Origin: a phage
Sequence record: NC_101838.1
Length of the DNA: 64,000 nucleotides
Strand: one strand, 5' to 3'
The notes below the pieces were generated by a model. That model saw only the letters and a program-made list of their open reading frames with translations. It made no database searches and was not told where the DNA came from. The position numbers and the translations under genes were made by a program. How positions within the stretch are numbered: the stretch's first letter is position 1; each line of letters begins with the position of its first letter. Below, one piece after another: positions 27,521-36,987 of the stretch.

Positions 27521-27969
27521 GTTTTTCTCCTCTTTGTCAAGTGCTGCATGAAAAATTTACAAACTGGTATGGTAGCATTTTTGCGGACCTGTTTACATTC
27601 AGGAGTGTATGTATAATCCTTGTTGTGTGGGCGTTTATACGTCTGGACGGTCAGAAGTCTGCAGGTTAATATCTAATCTATTGGCTGCTAACTATATCCC
27701 ACACAAATGATAAGAAATATAATTGTTATATGCGTAAACTGTAACTCATGTTATCAATCCCTGTATGGATCGCCAGTGGTGCGCATAATGGGTATTATGT
27801 TAAATTGCCCGTAATGATAAAGGTTCTCACAATGATAGGTATTCTCATTCACCCTCACAAAATAGATTGCAAATGTTGTGCCACTGTGTGAACGGCCTCA
27901 CCTATTAATTTGCCTCACTGCCTCGATATTTGAGAATTATTATAAGAATGAGAAGTATTCCCATTCCGT

Positions 27970-28330
27970 CCGCCTGGCAGCACTCCTGTAGGTCCTGCAA
28001 GGACTCTAGCTTTCAGCTAGACCCTTCGGGCCTCCCTGTAGGTCAGGTCAAAATCGGGGTAGAATTGGGCCTATTCAGATATTTCTGGCTGACTCTTCAG
28101 GTCTGTGTGGGAAAAGCCAACCTCTCCGGCGGGGCAGGGGGATATCTGCGGGAAAATTGCAGGTCAATTAAAAAATTTACGTGGTATATGAAGCGCTCTT
28201 CAGGTAAGGCATGTATTATGGGATGAAACCCTCTTCAGGCAATGATATTTGTGGGTGTGATATTTGCTGGAAAGCCAGATATGACGGGACTCCCGGCGGG
28301 GCAGGGGTGGTACAGACAGGGAAAATATGA
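27970..28330. repeat. degenerate repeat cluster in non-coding DNA
   Basis: Recurring CCTGTAGGTC (x2), CCGGCGGGGCAGGGG (x2) and CTCTTCAGG units. Confidence 0.45.
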
Positions 28331-29005
28331 AGGATGTGGTTGGGTAGATTGATCAGACAGGTAGAGTATGGAATATGTTACAAGTATGTTAAATATGGAG
28401 GTTGAATATCTGTAGGATTTGTGTGTAAAATCAAAGACTTAAGTGGTGTTGTGGTATTTTCTATAAATAATTCAAGTTTAATAGGCAATATTTGTCTCTA
28501 TCCGCTTTGTGTGGTAAACAGATTCAGATTAGATTGGTTTACAAGTGTATACATAATATACAAATTAAAGATACAAGAAACCCCCCCTCCCCCCTTCGGC
28601 TACCATTCACCTTTTCCTCTGACTGGTACTTAAACACTTATTCAGACTCTTCAGGTTATCACCCATATATCATATGGCAGTGACTGGTGTCCTCCGGCCC
28701 CTCTTTCGTCACCCGTCCGCTTCGCCATGCTAATGCCATAGCTAATGGTTCGGTTGTTCACCCTGTTCACTCAGGTGTATCTCTATACCCCTTCAAACCG
28801 AAGAGAACAGAAAACCCGAATTACTCGGTAAAAGAAAAGAGAAGAACTTAATTTTATCAGGATAGGCAAGAATGTCAAGGTATGACTGCTCACTAAACAA
28901 GCAAACAGTCATGTGTGGGAGGTAAGTGATTGTGGTGGTAGGAAATTTAGTTGAAAGATGTGTTATAGGTGCTTCCAGCACTTTAGCCGGGCAGCTAATT
29001 GTGTG

Positions 29006-29221
29006 TCAGTCCAGCGGTTCATCCTCTACTTCACTGAAATCAATGTTCATGGTCTCTTCCCAACCATCGATCTCAGCACAAGAGTGGAGTTCTTTAGGGT
29101 TTACTCCCAAAGCCTCAGCAACAGAGTCTATATTTAACACCTCTGGCAGGTATGATTCATCGAATTCAAGGTAAATCAGGCCACGAGTGTTGTCAGCTCC
29201 ACCAAATATCTCTATCTTCAT
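29006..29221 (-). CDS. hypothetical acidic protein
   Basis: AGAGGAGA RBS. Confidence 0.45.
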   Translation of the reverse strand: MKIEIFGGADNTRGLIYLEFDESYLPEVLNIDSVAEALGVNPKELHSCAEIDGWEETMNIDFSEVEDEPLD

Positions 29222-29342
29222 AAAATCTCCTCTGGGAATGAAAGTGTGAACAGGGTTTTATACGTTCTAATGCACAGGAATTATACACGTTTGCCTCTTC
29301 AGGCCATGCTTTAGCATGAGGAACCTGTGTGGGCTCGGTGCT

Positions 29343-29555
29343 TCATAGTCTACCACCTCTGAACTCTTCGTGCTCAGGCATAATAGAGAACCAGATATCT
29401 ACGATGTCTTCCCACGTTAGGTCATCAGCCTCAGGATCTACCTGGAGCGAAGATGGAGAATCTTCAGAATCTAAGTTTTCCTCTTTCACTGGCTCAGCCA
29501 AGGGACATATAGTCACTCCTTTGGATGTCTCTTCAGATGCATGTGTGTTTATCAT
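29343..29555 (-). CDS. hypothetical acidic protein
   Basis: ORF. Confidence 0.4.
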   Translation of the reverse strand: MINTHASEETSKGVTICPLAEPVKEENLDSEDSPSSLQVDPEADDLTWEDIVDIWFSIMPEHEEFRGGRL

Positions 29556-29653
29556 GTTCCACCCGTGAGTATTCCGGCAACAGCCGCTATGGACGTAATG
29601 ATCATCAGGATCACCACTAAAACTTCGGACAATGTTCTCATTGTGTACTCCAT
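29552..29653 (-). CDS. small membrane peptide (33 aa, not in ORF track)
   Basis: ATG downstream of promoter; hydrophobic core; stop overlaps next start. Confidence 0.3.
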   Translation of the reverse strand: MEYTMRTLSEVLVVILMIITSIAAVAGILTGGT

Positions 29654-29668
29654 ATTCTACAAACTATG

Positions 29669-29699
29669 TGTGGATACTATCACTGGATCGGTAATGTGT
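29669..29699 (-). promoter_or_regulatory. sigma70 promoter for the last minus-strand genes
   Basis: On minus strand TTGACA-N17-TAGTAT; the -35 lies inside a tandem 17-bp direct repeat. Confidence 0.5.
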
Positions 29700-29883
29700 C
29701 AACAGTCGGTAATGTGTCAACAGAAACGCCGCGAGGGTTTGGTTAAAATCCGAGCGTATGGTGATTTGGGTCAAAACGGACGTGCGTTCTCGCTACGCTC
29801 GAAATATGGAGTTGTTTGTAGGGAGCTCTTAAACGCTCTGTAATGAGATTAACTGCCCAAGGTATGCAATCGTGCACCAGATA

Positions 29884-29912
29884 AAGAAAAGGACGCCACA
29901 GAGCGTCCTAGG
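29884..29912 (-). terminator. rho-independent terminator (minus strand)
   Basis: GGACGC-loop-GCGTCC followed on minus strand by TTTTCTTTAT. Confidence 0.5.
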
Positions 29913-29933
29913 TGTCTTAAATTTGATATTTTG

Positions 29934-30245
29934 CTATACCCACGAGGGCTTATCAAGGTTGGAGTAGCTGAAAGGTGTCAAAAGGTGACTGTCAAAATCT
30001 CTCAAACTATCCAAATCTTTTTCCTCGTCCTGACACCATCTGTGCCTACATTTGTTGTTGTAGTGCATGGAATGCATAGCGTTCTGCAACTTAACAGGCA
30101 CAAGTGATTCAGGAGTAGATAGTATTGTTGGGTATGCCAGAACCACCTCAAACAGTGGAAACACATCGAAACTAAAGTCTACCTCTGCAGAGGTTGATGG
30201 CATGTAGGAGTATTTAGCCGCCTTTGTAGACATAATCCACCTCAC
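29934..30245 (-). CDS. hypothetical protein
   Basis: ORF, overlap-coupled. Confidence 0.45.
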   Translation of the reverse strand: MRWIMSTKAAKYSYMPSTSAEVDFSFDVFPLFEVVLAYPTILSTPESLVPVKLQNAMHSMHYNNKCRHRWCQDEEKDLDSLRDFDSHLLTPFSYSNLDKPSWV

Positions 30246-30574
30246 ACAGGTTTGATAATACCTTCACCGAATAGCTCTTCGTATCTAATCTTGTCCGGAT
30301 CCCACTCCTGGATAATTTCGAAGACAATATCCAACCCAGGGACAATCACTTCTCCAGTGTCAAGCTTAGCAAGAACAAAACCGGAAGGTTGAATGGTTTC
30401 CCAGTTACGGCGATCAGAATAAAATACTTCGAAAATATCACCAACCTCAATCCGTTTCTGTTGCTCAAGATGCTCAAGGTTCTCTTTCATACGGATGCAG
30501 CGTATTTTTCGTGCAGGCCATAGACCACCTGCATCACGTTCATTCAATTCTTTTACAGTGATCGGTATACCCAT
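30242..30574 (-). CDS. hypothetical protein
   Basis: ORF. Confidence 0.5.
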   Translation of the reverse strand: MGIPITVKELNERDAGGLWPARKIRCIRMKENLEHLEQQKRIEVGDIFEVFYSDRRNWETIQPSGFVLAKLDTGEVIVPGLDIVFEIIQEWDPDKIRYEELFGEGIIKPV

Positions 30575-30629
30575 CTCAAATCTCCTTCATAGATAGTAAA
30601 AAGAGGGGCCCAAGCCCCTCTATTTGTCA

Positions 30630-30935
30630 TTATTCTACAGAGCGTTTGAACAGAATGTCTGCCTCGGACATGTGCTCAACCTCTTCTTCGATTTTAGCTC
30701 GACGTTTTTCAGCCTCATAGCGAATATCGAACTCGGTAGCCACCAGAGATTTGATGAATTTAGGAGAATACAGGTGATCCTGCTTCTCAACGAGAATGAT
30801 ATCCTTAATGGCATCTTTCAGATCTTTAATCTGAAGTTGGAGTTCCACCAGTTCTTCGATTGTCTTGCGAAGGCGATCACGCTCTGCAGTGTCAGAAGGA
30901 AGAGAGGTGAACAGTTCAACTTTAGATTTAGCCAT
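30630..30935 (-). CDS. coiled-coil protein
   Basis: Charged heptad-like sequence. Confidence 0.5.
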   Translation of the reverse strand: MAKSKVELFTSLPSDTAERDRLRKTIEELVELQLQIKDLKDAIKDIILVEKQDHLYSPKFIKSLVATEFDIRYEAEKRRAKIEEEVEHMSEADILFKRSVE

Positions 30936-30963
30936 AGTAAGAGTCTCCTTATGTTGTTTTAAA

Positions 30964-31215
30964 TTAACGTTCTACAAAAATACCGTTCAGTTCAATAACC
31001 AGGAATTTCTGGTCTTCACTGTCGTCTCGTGCCAGCACCTCACAGACGTATCGGTCATCTCCATCATCATCGCAGTCAAATACAAGACTGAGGACTTTAT
31101 CATGATAAACCTTCGCCACTACCGCCTCGTAAGTATTGCCGATTGTGAATCCAAGATAATCTCCGATGCATTTGACAACAACATGGTCGCCAGCATTCAA
31201 GTCAATCTTCGTCAT
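30964..31215 (-). CDS. hypothetical protein
   Basis: Internal ATG after AAGGAG RBS (track 30964..31281). Confidence 0.45.
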   Translation of the reverse strand: MTKIDLNAGDHVVVKCIGDYLGFTIGNTYEAVVAKVYHDKVLSLVFDCDDDGDDRYVCEVLARDDSEDQKFLVIELNGIFVER

Positions 31216-31370
31216 TACTGCGCTCCTTGGGTAATAATACTGTATGTAAAACTTTAACCAGAGATGTGAATAACGCCCCAAAACACACCGATAGCGCTAA
31301 AACAGACAAGGCCATCATTAAAGCTTCAGTAAAATCAGTCACTCCTCACCTCTTGTTAGTCACTATACTG

Positions 31371-31634
31371 TCATTTATCCTTGCCGTCAAGAACTTTTTT
31401 AAATCTTTCAGGGATATCGCCTGTTCTTAGATAGCTCATGACCTCACAAGGTTCCCACTTGAATTTCTTACAAAGCAGGGCGGCTGAGATTGTTTCATTG
31501 CGAAAAGAAAGGATATTAATATCCCATTCTGAGAACCCCAACTTCCGAAGGGTAGCTACAGAAATCCTCACCGCAACCCAGCAGCAAAAACATGCAACAA
31601 ACGCCACTGCTATAACCCACATCAGGATGTTCAT
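31371..31634 (-). CDS. membrane protein
   Basis: Hydrophobic N-terminal helix. Confidence 0.5.
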   Translation of the reverse strand: MNILMWVIAVAFVACFCCWVAVRISVATLRKLGFSEWDINILSFRNETISAALLCKKFKWEPCEVMSYLRTGDIPERFKKVLDGKDK

Positions 31635-31723
31635 ACAAGCACCTCACTGAAATACAAGACACAGTGTTAAGGTTACAGACCAGCAAATAATTAACAGTGC
31701 CGTTGCAACCTTGGCAAGATTTA

Positions 31724-32011
31724 TCATAGTGCCTCTAAGATTTCATATCCTTCGGGTCGGAATACAAGCCACTCCGTGGCTCCGTTTGGTCGATACGCTT
31801 TATACAGAACAACCTGATCTCGGCACATGCACATAGCTACATAGTTTTCATCCACACCTGCAGCCTGCATTGCAGCTTCTTCTCCGGCAACTGCTTTGCT
31901 TACAACCTCCTTAGTAGGCAGGTGTGCGATCAGCTCGTCACCATCATTAATTCCAAAATGGCTGAGTTCTCCATTGGTATCTTTAATCTTAATCTTAACC
32001 AGATCTTTCAT
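31724..32011 (-). CDS. hypothetical protein
   Basis: ORF. Confidence 0.5.
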   Translation of the reverse strand: MKDLVKIKIKDTNGELSHFGINDGDELIAHLPTKEVVSKAVAGEEAAMQAAGVDENYVAMCMCRDQVVLYKAYRPNGATEWLVFRPEGYEILEAL

Positions 32012-32340
32012 TAGTCTTCCTCCAGGTTCAAAGGCCCTAAGATTTCATATGCCAGATTAGAAGTTACCAGAGGGTCTTCTGCATCTTTAGTATTATACCA
32101 CCCGTGAATAACCAGAGTCCCACTCTGTTTCATATCTAACTGGAACTGTTCTGCAGTTTCCTCATCCATCTCTAAGATCTCCATAAGGTACTTGATGTTA
32201 GGAAGGTATGCAGCTGTTACAGTTCCCTCTACCAGACCTTCGGGCCAACCTACATCCGGATGACAAGTAGGAACCAGGTTGGTCAGCTTAATGGTGTACG
32301 CTTTTTCTGCACGAGCCTTCAGTAACTGGTCAATCTTCAT
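32011..32340 (-). CDS. hypothetical protein
   Basis: ORF, stop/start overlap. Confidence 0.5.
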   Translation of the reverse strand: MKIDQLLKARAEKAYTIKLTNLVPTCHPDVGWPEGLVEGTVTAAYLPNIKYLMEILEMDEETAEQFQLDMKQSGTLVIHGWYNTKDAEDPLVTSNLAYEILGPLNLEED

Positions 32341-32690
32341 TATTCGTCCTCCTCTTCGGTGCCTGCTTCCAGTAATAAGTTAAGAATATCTTCTGCACAA
32401 GGCTCATAGAACTCTTGGCCTTCATTATCGATGATTTTGTAGTCATCTCCGCGAATAATCAGAGGATCACTCTCAAAATTATCGAGACCTTTAACAACGA
32501 CAACACGATCGATTGCCATCATTGTAAGAACTTTATCGACATCTTCCTCTGCTACACCATACTGCAGCAGAATGTCTTTGGTAGGAGGAACAGCATCCAC
32601 CACAACACCGTTACCAAAACCTTCCGGTAAGTTAGCTAAAATATCTTCCGGAACCACACTAACATCAAAACCAGTAATTTCTACTTTCAT
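32340..32690 (-). CDS. hypothetical acidic protein
   Basis: ORF, stop/start overlap. Confidence 0.5.
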   Translation of the reverse strand: MKVEITGFDVSVVPEDILANLPEGFGNGVVVDAVPPTKDILLQYGVAEEDVDKVLTMMAIDRVVVVKGLDNFESDPLIIRGDDYKIIDNEGQEFYEPCAEDILNLLLEAGTEEEDE

Positions 32691-32951
32691 TTACAGCACC
32701 TCTTCGTCAACTACTTCATAAAAATGGCCTGGGATTGCAATAGCGTTCTCACCTTCACCTACAAACACAGTTCCGTCAAGAATCAACATCATAAGAGTTT
32801 CTGGAATATCCTCTTCCTGAACGTTGCCAAAACCTTTAATCAGCTCGTAGGTTGGAAGATTTACCTCTAAGATGTCACCATCTTTAGAGCGGAAATCAAC
32901 ACCATCCTGAATCTCTGCCATTTCAAGGTTTTTCAGTTTAATCTTCATCAA
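32691..32951 (-). CDS. hypothetical acidic protein
   Basis: ORF. Confidence 0.5.
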   Translation of the reverse strand: MMKIKLKNLEMAEIQDGVDFRSKDGDILEVNLPTYELIKGFGNVQEEDIPETLMMLILDGTVFVGEGENAIAIPGHFYEVVDEEVL

Positions 32952-33027
32952 TCAGTCTCCCGTCTTGTTAAGATGAAGGTATTATTTCACACAGGGTTGG
33001 CGTTGTCAACACCTGTGTGCAAGAAAA

Positions 33028-33423
33028 TTACTGAAACAGTGCGGATAAATTACCTTCTGGTGGGAACTTATCTGCCAAAAACGGTGTTAGCACAGTAGCC
33101 TTCTGAAGATCTGGGGTCCACTCGTTGTTCAGAACATCCCAGTAGTACGCAATGTTGCTGTGTGGGTGCCGCATTACGAACTTTTTCCCTTCGTAGTCAT
33201 CTGAAACCTCTACAGAAGAAATAACAACAGAATCTTCAAGGGTTTCTTCATAGAAAGATCCACCTTCAAATTTCCAACGAGATGCAAGAGCTCCTGCCTT
33301 GAACGCTGCAGATAACGGACTGTCGGCAAGAACATACATTTCTTGCACTCTGTCGCTGCGATCTTTGCTTCTTACGTTGTATACAGTATCTGAGCTATAC
33401 TCAACACGGTATAGGCTTACCAT
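33028..33423 (-). CDS. hypothetical protein, paralog of 35230..35628
   Basis: Shared motif HPxS..YW..W.TWTP. Confidence 0.5.
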   Translation of the reverse strand: MVSLYRVEYSSDTVYNVRSKDRSDRVQEMYVLADSPLSAAFKAGALASRWKFEGGSFYEETLEDSVVISSVEVSDDYEGKKFVMRHPHSNIAYYWDVLNNEWTPDLQKATVLTPFLADKFPPEGNLSALFQ

Positions 33424-33782
33424 TACCGCACCTCCTCAATAACTTCCACATCTGAGCCCACCACAAATGCAAAAGGACAGGTTTCATGAAAGACATCCGG
33501 ATCGCCGCCAAGCTTGCTAACAATCTCTCCACCACTAATAAACACAAGCTCACCGATATTCATCAGATTGCTGAAATAGTACCCATAATGATTAAAGAAT
33601 GCAGCAGGGTCAGGTAGACTAGTAGCCTCAAGCACTACATCAGTTGAGGTTACTTTCTTATCATAACCTCTCGCCTTTTGAGATGCAAGATCTGCAGAAT
33701 CCTCAGGCGACCGGAGATGCACAGGAATTGTTTCACCAATAAAGCGTACTTTCATATTATCACCCAACAACCATAGCTTCAA
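33423..33782 (-). CDS. hypothetical protein
   Basis: ORF. Confidence 0.45.
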   Translation of the reverse strand: MKLWLLGDNMKVRFIGETIPVHLRSPEDSADLASQKARGYDKKVTSTDVVLEATSLPDPAAFFNHYGYYFSNLMNIGELVFISGGEIVSKLGGDPDVFHETCPFAFVVGSDVEVIEEVR

Positions 33783-34023
33783 AAGGGGTCATGAACGAAT
33801 AAACGGCATCATCATCTGCTTCAGGGAATGCTCCCAAAGACTTCATGTCTGAGCCCTTGACAAATACAAGGTTTTGATCAAAAGCTTCTTGAGGATCAAT
33901 CCGATACATATTTCGTAGAATATCGCCTACCTCCTCATCAAGAGGTGAGTATGCTGTGCACGTTTTTCCGATCAAGCTTTGAGAATCAGGGTATCCACCT
34001 GAAGTTTTAAAATAAACAATCAT
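33760..34023 (-). CDS. hypothetical protein
   Basis: ORF. Confidence 0.45.
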   Translation of the reverse strand: MIVYFKTSGGYPDSQSLIGKTCTAYSPLDEEVGDILRNMYRIDPQEAFDQNLVFVKGSDMKSLGAFPEADDDAVYSFMTPFEAMVVG

Positions 34024-34114
34024 ATAGTATCACCTCTGGTAAGAGATTGGGATTCCTTTCCCACAAATAATTACAAACCTTCCTTATCGAGGAAGTATGC
34101 TAATCCAAGCAGGA

Positions 34115-34384
34115 TTATTCCTCTACAATCTCATACACATCCGGAGTTACAATCAACTCTTCTCCGTTACCCGGTGCAACAAACACCACCATGCCTTCAG
34201 GTGTGTGCTTTTTAGCCATCTCGATAACATCTTCTCGCAGAGCTGGCTCCATCAGATCAAAACCTTCACCCAGGGCATCACGAACCACCTTCATATAGTC
34301 AACTGGTTGTGCTTCGACAATCATACCTTCAACCAGTCCACAGTTTTTGTCTGCCAGCTCAGTTTTGAATAATTTAATTTTCAT
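34115..34384 (-). CDS. hypothetical acidic protein
   Basis: ORF. Confidence 0.5.
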   Translation of the reverse strand: MKIKLFKTELADKNCGLVEGMIVEAQPVDYMKVVRDALGEGFDLMEPALREDVIEMAKKHTPEGMVVFVAPGNGEELIVTPDVYEIVEE

Positions 34385-34521
34385 TTAGAGGTCTCCTCAA
34401 TTATTTGATATTAATAGCCGTAACCTAACACATTAACTACAACTGCGATTGCAAACATAATTTCAAAGCATGCAATCTCTACATTTGGGACTAATTTCTT
34501 GATCACACCCATTGTAGCACC

Positions 34522-34839
34522 TCATTCTCTAAAGTCAATCTTTACTTTGCCTTTCCCCTTACCTTTCTTTCCACCGCATTTAGCCAGTTGACGTGCTGCA
34601 ACATCTACCATACGGTCAGTTGCCTCGTAAGCATCACTGCCTTTAGCTTTGGCAATAACTTCTTTTCCAGAATTGTCAAAAATGAACGCCATAACTTCCT
34701 GGTGATCATTTTCAACTTTTACACTCACACGTGCATAGTTGGCAGAGGGATGCAAACGCTCCAGCTTAGACATTTTGTGGGAAATGAAAGACACCATACC
34801 TTCAGTGATTTCTACGTTGCCAGTGATTTCAATTTGCAT
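34522..34839 (-). CDS. hpf: ribosome hibernation promoting factor / RaiA (YfiA) family protein
   Basis: N-terminus MQIEITGNVEITEGM and overall pattern resemble bacterial HPF/RaiA; basic C-terminal tail. Confidence 0.6.
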   Translation of the reverse strand: MQIEITGNVEITEGMVSFISHKMSKLERLHPSANYARVSVKVENDHQEVMAFIFDNSGKEVIAKAKGSDAYEATDRMVDVAARQLAKCGGKKGKGKGKVKIDFRE

Positions 34840-34921
34840 AACGTGTTCCTTTTAAAGAAGAGGGAACCAAACCCTCTTTGAAAACAATGATACTAAATCT
34901 GAAGCGTTGTGTCAACAGTTT

Positions 34922-35212
34922 TTACAGATTGTTGTCGATAGTTTTTAAAATATCCACAGCAAGATCTGCCATTTTTCGAACATACTCTGCAAACTCAACA
35001 GGATCCTTGATCAAAGAATTCACAGGGTCGTACCCTAGAGCGTTCAAAATGGCTGCAGCATCTACAACCTTCTCATCATTTGCGAAGATCTCTCCATCAA
35101 ACTTGTAGGTCCATTTTGAGTCAATCTTGGCAGGGAATGATTGGTCAACGCTTGTTACACCATCCTTTTTAAACGCTCCGGTGTTATCAGTGTCTAGAAC
35201 TAAATCCATCAT
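34922..35212 (-). CDS. hypothetical protein
   Basis: ORF. Confidence 0.5.
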   Translation of the reverse strand: MMDLVLDTDNTGAFKKDGVTSVDQSFPAKIDSKWTYKFDGEIFANDEKVVDAAAILNALGYDPVNSLIKDPVEFAEYVRKMADLAVDILKTIDNNL

Positions 35213-35229
35213 GTTAGTACCTCACCGTT

Positions 35230-35628
35230 TCAGTTTAGCTTTTCTTCAACAACCCCATAGCTCGGGACAGAGTCAAGAGCTTTCTGGTTTAAAAGTGGTG
35301 TAGCAGAATCTGCAAACGGTGTCCAAGTTTTTGTTCTGGCATTCCAGTAATGCTTCACTCTGGAATCTGGATGCACTATAACAAAAACTTTTTCACTTGT
35401 CAACACATTAATTTCTTCTACACCCTTGCTGATAATTTCTCCGTCATAGCCACCAGTCTGGTATCCTTCGTACCAGGTTCTTGCATATGCATAGCCAGCC
35501 TGCCAGCATGCAGCCTCCTCCGAGGTGGAGACTACGTAGAAGTCTTTCTCAAATTCTGGGATACGCCCTTGCTTTACGCTCCAAGCTCCGCGAATTTTCA
35601 TTGTAACTTTGAACAGTTTATTTTTCAC
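35230..35628 (-). CDS. hypothetical protein, paralog of 33028..33423
   Basis: Shared motif VIVHPDSRVKHYWN..TKTWTP. Confidence 0.5.
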   Translation of the reverse strand: MKNKLFKVTMKIRGAWSVKQGRIPEFEKDFYVVSTSEEAACWQAGYAYARTWYEGYQTGGYDGEIISKGVEEINVLTSEKVFVIVHPDSRVKHYWNARTKTWTPFADSATPLLNQKALDSVPSYGVVEEKLN

Positions 35629-35640
35629 AACGGTTACCCA

Positions 35641-35895
35641 TCACAGCTCTACAATCTCTGCATCTGACCCTGCCCCAAAGGCATAATAGGATTCTTCCCC
35701 GAAATAATATTCCGGTGCACCAGCAGCGATCAGGTCTGATCCCAAGATAAACACCACGTTGTGGCCTACATAACTGTGATGTTGCCGCACAGGATCATCC
35801 CACGGCAACCCTTCAAAGTATACCGCAGGAACGACCTTTCCCTTCAGGAAGGATTGTCCCAAGTAGACGTTAGAATCAAGAATTTTAACCTTCAT
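35641..35895 (-). CDS. small protein, MKVK family member
   Basis: MKVKILDSNVYLGQ...DLIAAGA; paralogous to 35885..36112 and 39525..39758. Confidence 0.5.
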   Translation of the reverse strand: MKVKILDSNVYLGQSFLKGKVVPAVYFEGLPWDDPVRQHHSYVGHNVVFILGSDLIAAGAPEYYFGEESYYAFGAGSDAEIVEL

Positions 35896-36112
35896 TCTCG
35901 TCCTCCACTATCTCTACATCCTCACCAAGGGCAAAGTTGTAGGTCCACTGGCTGTCAAAGCAGTCCTGAGATGCACCAGCGGAAATAAGATCTGCACCTT
36001 TTATTTTTAAAAGGTCAGGATAATCTTCGTTAGGGATAGCGGTAAACACTTTCCCCACTAAGGGCTCCTGACCAATATAGAAGCTTGAATCTAAAACTTT
36101 AACTTTCATCAA
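35885..36112 (-). CDS. small protein, MKVK family member
   Basis: MMKVKVLDSSFYIGQ...DLISAGA. Confidence 0.5.
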   Translation of the reverse strand: MMKVKVLDSSFYIGQEPLVGKVFTAIPNEDYPDLLKIKGADLISAGASQDCFDSQWTYNFALGEDVEIVEDENEG

Positions 36113-36396
36113 CGGTCTCCCTCAGGCGGTTGTGGGACGTAAACACTGTTACGAATATCGTCAGCAGTGTAGTAATAAGTGGTTCCAACCCTATCTCGGG
36201 CTGCAATGTACTCTGCTATACCAATAAGTGCCATTGATTTGGTGGCGTATCTTCCCCACTCGTTAGCTCCCCAGTAGAATTTAGACCAGTAGGGAATAAT
36301 ACCGAACAAATATACCTTTTGACGAACTTCCCAGTAAGTGCCTTTTCCGACAAGTTTAAACTCTACTTCACTACTGTTAATCTTTTTCATTATCAA
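36109..36396 (-). CDS. hypothetical protein
   Basis: ORF. Confidence 0.45.
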   Translation of the reverse strand: MIMKKINSSEVEFKLVGKGTYWEVRQKVYLFGIIPYWSKFYWGANEWGRYATKSMALIGIAEYIAARDRVGTTYYYTADDIRNSVYVPQPPEGDR

Positions 36397-36689
36397 TCTC
36401 CCTCTACCGTGGTCGGATTGTCAGTAAGAAATTGAGCATTGGCTGGAGGCACGCCTGACATTTTCCACACAACCATAAGTTTGTAACCAGGAACTCTATT
36501 AAGTGCAGATCGAGTAGAGTTTGTGCACGTATACTTTCGCTTTCCAAACCCGTTCTCCATCATAATCCAGTACCCAGTATCTTTGTCACCAGGTATCGGT
36601 AGACCACCTTCATCAACCCACTGAATGGACCACGGCACGATGGCTACAGCTTTATATTTAAACTTTTTAAACCACTCAAAAAGTTTCAT
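36393..36689 (-). CDS. hypothetical protein
   Basis: ORF. Confidence 0.45.
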   Translation of the reverse strand: MKLFEWFKKFKYKAVAIVPWSIQWVDEGGLPIPGDKDTGYWIMMENGFGKRKYTCTNSTRSALNRVPGYKLMVVWKMSGVPPANAQFLTDNPTTVEGD

Positions 36690-36784
36690 AATTCAGCCTC
36701 GCATAGACATAATCACTATAAACAGGCAAACAATGAATCCGAATGCCACGCCACCCATAAACGTTAATATTGATGCAATCATAG

Positions 36785-36970
36785 TCAATCAGCCTCGCTT
36801 GGCAACTCTTCTACCTTAACATGCCGAAAAGTGTTACCGTAATGGTTGATCCATGACATCAGCTCGCTTTCTTGCTCTTCCTCTGGGATGAACTCTCGAA
36901 TGCTGACAAGTTTTAAGAAAACCCAATCACAATCTGCACCCATTCTACCAGACAGGCAATAGTGCTTCAT
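36785..36970 (-). CDS. hypothetical protein
   Basis: Internal ATG after GGGAGG RBS. Confidence 0.4.
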   Translation of the reverse strand: MKHYCLSGRMGADCDWVFLKLVSIREFIPEEEQESELMSWINHYGNTFRHVKVEELPSEAD

Positions 36971-36987
36971 AAAACCTCCCACCTGGT

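Noticed and set aside
27227-28683. Track ORFs inside the convergent non-coding region (27227..27442, 27930..28226, 28421..28633, 28492..28683)
   Set aside because: None has a plausible Shine-Dalgarno, all are low-complexity or repeat-derived, and they overlap repeat motifs.
26547-29005. Possible tRNA genes in the large non-coding region
   Set aside because: Scanning by eye on both strands found no T-loop-like GGTTCGAATCC-type sequence or cloverleaf arrangement; cannot be excluded without a tRNA scanner.
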